Virus record (IMG/VR): IMGVR_UViG_3300005563_000030
Coordinates: 61,102-125,101 of that record
Source: a virus
DNA: 64,000 bases
Direction: 5' to 3' (one strand)
Shown here: one piece after another, positions 57,469-64,000 of the stretch
How positions within the stretch are numbered: position 1 is the first letter of the stretch
Layout of the letters: every line of letters begins with the position of its first letter
Position numbers and translations under genes: made by a program
Notes under the pieces: model-generated
Seen by the model: only the letters and a program-made list of their open reading frames with translations
Told to the model about the DNA's origin: nothing
Databases searched by the model: none

Positions 57469-59973
57469 ATGTGTGGAATATTCGGTTTCAGTGCTAATCC
57501 CGCCATCATGAATAGAACGATGGCTAAGTTAGTTTTAAATAAGATAAAAATTCTTGGTATGTATAACATTGACAGGGGTAAACACTCTTGCGGTTTATAC
57601 ATTAATGACCAAATCATCAAAGGCGTTGATGACTTAAAAATCTTCTCTGATTTTATTGCAAAGAAATGGCTGCCTGATGCTACCAAGAGTGGAAATTACA
57701 CTATCATGGGCCATACTAGAGCTGCTACCGTTGGTTCTCACACTGCTGCAAATGCTCACCCGTTCCTAGTAGATGATCGCTTTGTACTTGCCCACAATGG
57801 TGGTATAAAGAATATCTGGGAGCTATGCGATAAACACGGCGTTGATTATACCAACATCGACGTAGACAGCCATGCACTTGCCCACCTTATATATAAGAAA
57901 GGATTTAAAGTTCTTGAGGAATATAAAGGTTTTGCTGCACTGCTTATGGCTTATCGTGATAATCCTAATATTCTGCACTTCTATCGTGGTTCTTCTAAAA
58001 GATACCAGATGGCTCAAGCAATTGAAGAAGAAAGACCCCTATATTATTTACAAGCGAATGAAGGTGTCTATCTTAGCTCAATTGAAAAGAGCTTAATGGC
58101 TATTTCTGACGAAGAAGCCGATGAGATTCAGATTGTACCTGCTAGTACAGTGTTTACAATCGAAAACGGTCAAGTAAACGAAGATTGTGTTTATATTGAT
58201 CGTGGTGTATCAAACTATGGTATTTATCAAAATACAACTACTTGCGACCCAAAGCGGGTAGGGGTCATAAAAGCTACGAATTCTACCCCAGCGACTGGGA
58301 TAGGTGGAACGATTGGGACTAGCCTTTCTGACTCCAGAAATAACCTCGAAAAAATTGTTCCTGTTATCTGGCATGAAGGCTTACCTAGCCGTATTTCTCG
58401 CTGGAAGTTCAATGAAGGTATAATCTATCATCTAGGGCGTTTCTGGATCGTTGATAATCAAAATATTCGTCCTGCTAATGGCGCTTATTATGCTAACAAT
58501 AAAGGTCGTATAACACCTGACCGTAAACCCAACCGGTTCTTCCTTGACGGAGTTATGATGAAAAACCAGAAGGCTTATGAAATGGCTAAAGTAGATCCTA
58601 ATATAGCCAATCCTAACTGGAACTATATGATGTTCATGAGTAAATATTCTGAATATCCTATATGTGCGACACGTATGGACATTAATAATAAATGTAAAGA
58701 CGTGCCACCTCATTCTAAATATCGTTGGTATGAGAATGAAGCTCAAGTAGGTAATAAGTCCTTCACCCCAATGTTCTCTGATCGCCATTATGCTATTAAG
58801 GAAGGTCTTTTAGATAAGATTATAGCCTCGAAAACAATAGAGAAAGAAGTTCTGATTAATCAGGAATCTCTCGCTGCCGAACGTAAGGCTGTTGAAGACC
58901 TAAAAGCTAAATCTTCTTTAGTAGTTGTTCATGGCCCAAAGTCAGACCTGAAAGAAGAAGGGGAGGCTCGTTTGAACGTTGGTTCTGTTGTTGATGATGT
59001 TTTGGTTAACACCGTTAAACTCTCTGAGTTTATCAAAAAGAACAACTTCAACAACGAACTGCCATTCAAAGATGAGAAAATAAAAATCTTCAAAGGAGAT
59101 GATCTGGATGTAACAACCTTTCACATGAAGTTTGAAAGTGTAGATCAGGCTCTTGAGACATTCACTCGTGAAGAGCAACGTGCTATTCGTTACTTCATAG
59201 CTGATGTAATGACCAGTGATGGCGTATGCAAAGTGTATAACGTGTATGAAGACACAGTGGACATGCAATTCAAAATGTTCTTACAGCTTTGTATAGATAA
59301 TGATGCAACTGTTGTGGATAATTGGAATCAGGATGAGTTCAATGATATTCCACACTATTTAGTCACCGCCAAAAACAATGTAGATGGTTCTTATATTGAT
59401 TATGTTGATAACGAAGAAGTTGAAGATCAATCTTCCTCTTGCTGCTATGTTCCCCCTAAACCTGAAAAGAAGGTAATGGGTGTTCAGCAGGGATGGTTTG
59501 TTATGGACACTGATGAGGCTGAATTGTTAAATGCAGCTAAAGCTAGTGACGATGAAGAACCACCTTTTATTGATCTTGTTTACGAAAGAGAAAAACGTAA
59601 GTTCACAGAGTATATGGGTATTCAAGTATTGGAAGATAATACCGACTCTCAGGAGGTAGATGAGGAAGAACATGGCTTTCGTCTCCAAGAAACGTTCAAG
59701 CCTGTTGCAGACATCTCAAACACTTTTGATGACGATGAAGAAGAGAAGTCAATTGCTTTTGAAGAAACTGTGGATTCACTCTTAAAAGCAAGGGATGAGG
59801 CTGATGCGTTCCAAGCTTTAGTAAATGATGATTTCAGTCAGGAAATCGCTTATACTTTGTATCGCGGTATTGATCCAATTCTACAGGAATTGCAGAATGT
59901 TGCCGAAAAGTACAAAGAAAAGAAGTCAGAAGATTACATTAAACGTAACATTAAAGAAAGAGTTAACTCATGA
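57469..59973 (+). CDS. Class II (Ntn) glutamine amidotransferase with long acidic C-terminal extension
   Basis: MCGIFG, RGKHSCG, GHTRAAT, NAHPF, AHNG, VDS. Confidence 0.85.
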   Translation: MCGIFGFSANPAIMNRTMAKLVLNKIKILGMYNIDRGKHSCGLYINDQIIKGVDDLKIFSDFIAKKWLPDATKSGNYTIMGHTRAATVGSHTAANAHPFLVDDRFVLAHNGGIKNIWELCDKHGVDYTNIDVDSHALAHLIYKKGFKVLEEYKGFAALLMAYRDNPNILHFYRGSSKRYQMAQAIEEERPLYYLQANEGVYLSSIEKSLMAISDEEADEIQIVPASTVFTIENGQVNEDCVYIDRGVSNYGIYQNTTTCDPKRVGVIKATNSTPATGIGGTIGTSLSDSRNNLEKIVPVIWHEGLPSRISRWKFNEGIIYHLGRFWIVDNQNIRPANGAYYANNKGRITPDRKPNRFFLDGVMMKNQKAYEMAKVDPNIANPNWNYMMFMSKYSEYPICATRMDINNKCKDVPPHSKYRWYENEAQVGNKSFTPMFSDRHYAIKEGLLDKIIASKTIEKEVLINQESLAAERKAVEDLKAKSSLVVVHGPKSDLKEEGEARLNVGSVVDDVLVNTVKLSEFIKKNNFNNELPFKDEKIKIFKGDDLDVTTFHMKFESVDQALETFTREEQRAIRYFIADVMTSDGVCKVYNVYEDTVDMQFKMFLQLCIDNDATVVDNWNQDEFNDIPHYLVTAKNNVDGSYIDYVDNEEVEDQSSSCCYVPPKPEKKVMGVQQGWFVMDTDEAELLNAAKASDDEEPPFIDLVYEREKRKFTEYMGIQVLEDNTDSQEVDEEEHGFRLQETFKPVADISNTFDDDEEEKSIAFEETVDSLLKARDEADAFQALVNDDFSQEIAYTLYRGIDPILQELQNVAEKYKEKKSEDYIKRNIKERVNS

Positions 59974-61484
59974 TCCGCTTTAAAGATAACCCAAATTTAG
60001 AGGACAGAAAAGTGAAAACTGTCCGGGGCTTGACAGAATATAGAAAGAATTGTCGCAACATTCGTGACAAATGGTATGTTAAGGATGAAGACTGTTTCCT
60101 GATAAACGGTAAATGGCATACATATACTTCTAAAGAGATCACGCTGGATCATGAAACAGGTAAGTATAAACCTATTAGTAAAGACCTAGTTTATGGAGTT
60201 GTTGGATTTAAAGAGTCCGACAGCTCTGCTATTCTTGGATATTTTACAGGGAATGTGTATAACAATCTCACTGTAACTATTCCTGAATATGGCAAGGTCA
60301 AAACTGTCAATGAATCTATTCTTCTCCAGAATGGATATATTGAAAGTATTAATAGCGGTGCGTGGCTTCTGAAGAAAAATCTGTCAGCTCGTGATCTTGA
60401 AAGGCTCGACAAGATTGATAGTCAGAAAGTGGCTACAAACAAAGGATATAATATTGAAGACAACAAAGAGGAATTCAAACAGAAAACCGAAGCCTTCAAT
60501 AAATATCCAGTGAAAATATCTGCCGCAGCAATGCGGTATGGTAAGATGCTGAGTGGTGTAACATTTGGCGCAGAAATTGAAACTACTAAAGGTATTGTTC
60601 CAGACCATATTCAAAACCGTACAGGTATTGTAGTATGCAGGGACGGTAGTATCAAAAATGCGGAATATGTCACCGTTCCTATGAACGGAGCCAAGGGTTT
60701 AGTTAATCTAAAATACCTGTCTAGCGAGTTGAGTAAACGAACCACGACAGGTATTGAGTGCAGTTTGCATTTCCATATTGGAAACCTGTCCAAAGACCGA
60801 CTGTTCATCGTGGCTCTGTATGCGCTTGCTTTGCGTATTCAGAATGAGATTTTTATGATGTTCCCATATTATAAAACTAAATGGGAAGGCATAAAACAAA
60901 AGGATTATAATCAGAAACTACGTAAACTCGGAATAGGCTTACTGAAACCCGGGATGAAGAAAGAGGAGTATCAGAAATATGTTGATGAAGCCTATTATCG
61001 AATCTTTACGTGGTTAAATGATGGTGTTCCGCCAGATGATAACTTCAATCGTGTGAACAATCATCACATGAAACAAAACAAGTGGGACAGAAAACAAAGA
61101 TATTTCTGGCTGAATTTCATGAATATGTTCTTTTCAGAACGTAGAACCATGGAATTCCGCCTGCATCACTGTACCTTAAATGGTCAGAAGATGGTGAATT
61201 GGTTGTTTATTTGTAACGCTGTTTGTCAGTATGCAGCTAACCATAGCGATGAAATTCTTTCTAGCGATAAAGCCATCACTCTTGATACGGTGCTGGAACA
61301 CTATAAAGAAACCTTCAAAACGCCACATGGTAAATTCCTTTCTGACTATCTGAAGGCTTATGTCAAAGATAGAAAGGATTATTTTGCTGCTGACGTGAAA
61401 CGTGGTGATTATGTTAGTCAGAAAGAAATGGATGACGACAAACAGTATGTATTCACGTATGAGGGCGTAAGCTGGCTATTCTAA
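59970..61484 (+). CDS. Putative amidoligase (COOH-NH2 ligase fold)
   Basis: FGAEIET, DGS, EYVT, CSLHFH, RYFWLN, TMEFRLH. Confidence 0.85.
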   Translation: MIRFKDNPNLEDRKVKTVRGLTEYRKNCRNIRDKWYVKDEDCFLINGKWHTYTSKEITLDHETGKYKPISKDLVYGVVGFKESDSSAILGYFTGNVYNNLTVTIPEYGKVKTVNESILLQNGYIESINSGAWLLKKNLSARDLERLDKIDSQKVATNKGYNIEDNKEEFKQKTEAFNKYPVKISAAAMRYGKMLSGVTFGAEIETTKGIVPDHIQNRTGIVVCRDGSIKNAEYVTVPMNGAKGLVNLKYLSSELSKRTTTGIECSLHFHIGNLSKDRLFIVALYALALRIQNEIFMMFPYYKTKWEGIKQKDYNQKLRKLGIGLLKPGMKKEEYQKYVDEAYYRIFTWLNDGVPPDDNFNRVNNHHMKQNKWDRKQRYFWLNFMNMFFSERRTMEFRLHHCTLNGQKMVNWLFICNAVCQYAANHSDEILSSDKAITLDTVLEHYKETFKTPHGKFLSDYLKAYVKDRKDYFAADVKRGDYVSQKEMDDDKQYVFTYEGVSWLF

Positions 61485-61491
61485 TTTTTTA

Positions 61492-61523
61492 TTTGCAAAG
61501 GTAGGAAGTATTTCGTATCTTTG
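61492..61523 (+). promoter_or_regulatory. Bacteroidota-type promoter
   Basis: TTTG-N20-TATCTTTG 3 nt before ATG 61527. Confidence 0.7.
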
Positions 61524-61526
61524 CTT

Positions 61527-61910
61527 ATGGCAAAGAAAGAAAGAGTACCAAAAACAAGATGTTCTGGAACAATGACAGAATCTGCTTTTTGGAGCTGGAT
61601 AAGATCAGCTCTGAGAAGAAGGACAGTCTATTGGAAACCTGTTTCAGAAGTAAAGAAAGACGCACGTAGAGATTACAAAGGCGAAAACAAGCGCCAGAAG
61701 TATGAATATCAGTGTACTTCTTGTCAGAATTGGTTTCCAGATAAAGAGGTCGAAGTAGACCATAAGATTCCCGCTGGGAGTCTTAGAAGTTCTGATGATT
61801 TAAAAGGATTTGTAGAACGTCTTTTTTGCGAAAAAGATGGATTACGAGTTCTTTGCAAAAATTGTCACCAAGAAATTACAAATAATCAAGATGCAGAAAC
61901 CAGAGTATAA
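61527..61910 (+). CDS. HNH endonuclease
   Basis: CTSC...EVDHKIP...LCKNCH. Confidence 0.8.
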   Translation: MAKKERVPKTRCSGTMTESAFWSWIRSALRRRTVYWKPVSEVKKDARRDYKGENKRQKYEYQCTSCQNWFPDKEVEVDHKIPAGSLRSSDDLKGFVERLFCEKDGLRVLCKNCHQEITNNQDAETRV

Positions 61911-62991
61911 GCAAGCGGCTGGTATTTCTCAAAGTGCTATCAAGAGATTTCGATCTATGCCCTTAATTAAGTTTAAGGAGCAGTTCATTGATCGAATAAG
62001 CTCTAAGGAGTCTGTCTCTGAAAGTCTTACTTTCGGATCATTAACAGACACGCTAGCTTTTGAACCTGAGTTGGTTAATGACCTATTCTACATACCCCCT
62101 TATGATGTTGAGTTCCCCGGCGATAAGCTAAAAGCTGTTATGGATGCTTCTTATGAGAAGATAGCAGAAATAGTGAACAATAAGCGTCTTTTAAATAATC
62201 AAGGTATGCTCCCAGAAGAGATATACATACCTGATATTTATGAGATGGGTGAGTTCAAAAACACCTTTGTAGACGTCGCTAGAGAGCTTAAATACGGTGG
62301 TGGTAAATGGAGTGCAAACACCATTTATGATAACTGTGCAGGAGCCTATCGCTATTACAGTACGCTTGTAGAAGCTGCCGGTAGAGAAGTTGTTTCATTC
62401 GTGGATAGTGCAAATGCTAATCAGATGGTGAATAATCTGAAGACAAATCCAAGCACAATATCATACTTCGTACAACAACCGGGGGAAACCCTGATATTCC
62501 AACAGGAAATATACGAAGAATATGACTATGAAGGAATCAAAGTCCCACTAAAGTGTGCAGTAGACATCATTAGACTCGTTCATAAGGAGAAGACGGTGTA
62601 TATACCTGATCTTAAAACTACCTACGATGTTAGAGAGTTCAGAGATCAAGCAATTAAGTATGGATATTTAGACCAAGTATCTTTCTATCGTTATATGGTA
62701 GGAAAGTGGTTACAAACATTTAAAGGGGGTGCTTATAAAGACTATGTCATAGCAAACCTTTTTGATATTGTAATTGATCCTATTGTTAAAGTACCGTATA
62801 TCTTCGAGTTCGATGCTGAAGATTTGGACATTATCGAGCATGGTTCAAAGGTCAAAAACATCAAGGGTTGGAGAAATACATTAGACGAGATATGCTGGCA
62901 TATTAAGAATAATGTGTGGACTATACCTAAGGAGTTATTCGAGAACGGTAAAATTAAATTAAAATTCTTCCATGACCAAGAACGAGGTTAA
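61891..62991 (+). CDS. PD-(D/E)XK exonuclease (RecE/ExoVIII-like)
   Basis: SQS, FGS, KCAVD, DLKT, YxxQxxFY. Confidence 0.75.
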   Translation: MQKPEYKQAAGISQSAIKRFRSMPLIKFKEQFIDRISSKESVSESLTFGSLTDTLAFEPELVNDLFYIPPYDVEFPGDKLKAVMDASYEKIAEIVNNKRLLNNQGMLPEEIYIPDIYEMGEFKNTFVDVARELKYGGGKWSANTIYDNCAGAYRYYSTLVEAAGREVVSFVDSANANQMVNNLKTNPSTISYFVQQPGETLIFQQEIYEEYDYEGIKVPLKCAVDIIRLVHKEKTVYIPDLKTTYDVREFRDQAIKYGYLDQVSFYRYMVGKWLQTFKGGAYKDYVIANLFDIVIDPIVKVPYIFEFDAEDLDIIEHGSKVKNIKGWRNTLDEICWHIKNNVWTIPKELFENGKIKLKFFHDQERG

Positions 62992-63610
62992 CATTGAAGA
63001 ACTTTTAAGACAAGACTATAAGGTGCCAGAGAGTGTGTTTGACCGGAAACGGACTAAAACAACACACTTTCTGCTCCCTACAGTTTTTCCAAATAGTTCT
63101 TTAACTGGTTCGGAGTTTTTTGTGAATGCTTTTGTTGATGATAACGGCTTCAAACACACACTTGATAGGGTGTTATTCTGCTTGTTCAAAGTTGATGTCC
63201 GGAATCCTAAATGGGTATCATTATCTCAAAAGCTTAAAGCCAAAGGAGAGTTCTTATTAGATTATTTCTGTGGTATACAAGACGGAAGACATCTAATAAT
63301 GATGATATTCAAAATCCCGGACAAGCACCTTAACGAGTATATCCTGTTCTTAGAAGGAAAGTACTCTAAGTTTAGTGAAGATTACAAGAAGCTTTTCCCA
63401 AGAAAAGTGTATAATGAAAATGGCGCTACAATTGATAGTACAATATGGAGTGTCCTTTACAAAACACCGGAGCTGAAGGAGAAGCTAGAGTCATTCTTCA
63501 CTATTAATCCAAATGGAGCTAATCCTACAAGGTTTGATCCTGACGATGAGCTTTGGGGAATTCCTGAACCTAAATTTGAAGTTTATAGACATGCCGAAGG
63601 AAGTGTATAA
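62972..63610 (+). CDS. Conserved crAss-like hypothetical protein
   Basis: FLLP, GKYSKFS, ELW motifs. Confidence 0.6.
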   Translation: MTKNEVNIEELLRQDYKVPESVFDRKRTKTTHFLLPTVFPNSSLTGSEFFVNAFVDDNGFKHTLDRVLFCLFKVDVRNPKWVSLSQKLKAKGEFLLDYFCGIQDGRHLIMMIFKIPDKHLNEYILFLEGKYSKFSEDYKKLFPRKVYNENGATIDSTIWSVLYKTPELKEKLESFFTINPNGANPTRFDPDDELWGIPEPKFEVYRHAEGSV

Positions 63611-64000
63611 TGAAGATTTAATTGCTGAAAGAGTAGCTCAAGAAGCTGCTTTAGAGGATGCAACAGTAAAGCCAAAGACAGGGCTACGTTATGATGCAGA
63701 TAAAGTGCGTCATGATTTGCTTCCTCCCAACGCAATCAATGAACTTGCAAAAGTTCTTACCTTTGGAGCTAAGAAATATGCTCCAAACAACTGGATGAAG
63801 GGTATGGCGTGGAGTCGTATAATTGGTCCATTGAAACGTCACTTGAATGCTATTGAGCGAGGAGAAGATTATGATCCTGAAACAGGACTACTTCACTCAG
63901 CTCACGTCATGTGTAATGCTGCCTTTTTGACAGAGTATTACAAGATTTTCCCACAAGGAGATGACAGACCGACGTTTATGAATAAGAAGTTGCGTATTGG
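63591..64000 (+). CDS. dATP/dGTP diphosphohydrolase-like (DUF5664) protein, partial
   Basis: GLRYDADK..DLLP..VLTFGAKKYAPNNW..RH..DPETGLLHSAHVMCNAAFL; runs off window. Confidence 0.8.
   Translation, partial: MPKEVYNEDLIAERVAQEAALEDATVKPKTGLRYDADKVRHDLLPPNAINELAKVLTFGAKKYAPNNWMKGMAWSRIIGPLKRHLNAIERGEDYDPETGLLHSAHVMCNAAFLTEYYKIFPQGDDRPTFMNKKLRI

Noticed and set aside
1-64000. Stop-codon reassignment as in some Crassvirales
   Set aside because: Structural and replication genes are full length in the standard code and no CTA or TCA suppressor tRNA was found.
1-64000. CRISPR array, DGR, integrase or transposase
   Set aside because: No regularly spaced repeats, reverse transcriptase or recombinase motifs seen.

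Overview
A 64-kb piece of a crAss-like (Crassvirales-type) phage genome with a Bacteroidota host, inferred from repeated TTTG-N20-TAnnTTTG promoters; it uses the standard genetic code. The minus strand (1-24.4 kb) holds the virion/packaging module (structural proteins, major capsid, scaffold-like protein, portal, terminase) and 25 tRNA genes covering all 20 amino acids. The plus strand (24.5-64 kb) holds small early/accessory genes, a hammerhead ribozyme and other structured RNAs, a membrane-anchored Ppx/GppA-like enzyme with a PspA-like protein, replication genes (PolB-like, SF2 helicase, DnaB, Sak4-like ATPase, SSB-like, primase, UDG) and a phiEco32-type peptide-ligase cluster. Main finding: 23 of the tRNAs lie in three operons. 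Each operon is preceded by a promoter, a 25-28 aa leader peptide and mutually exclusive antiterminator/terminator hairpins, and each leader has an unbroken run of codons for exactly the amino acids whose tRNAs lie downstream (NWHTFPDQ; YLS; VIAGREK). This is the layout of ribosome-stalling attenuators that would switch on phage tRNA sets when the matching host tRNAs are depleted. All calls are by eye; no database searches or folding programs were run.
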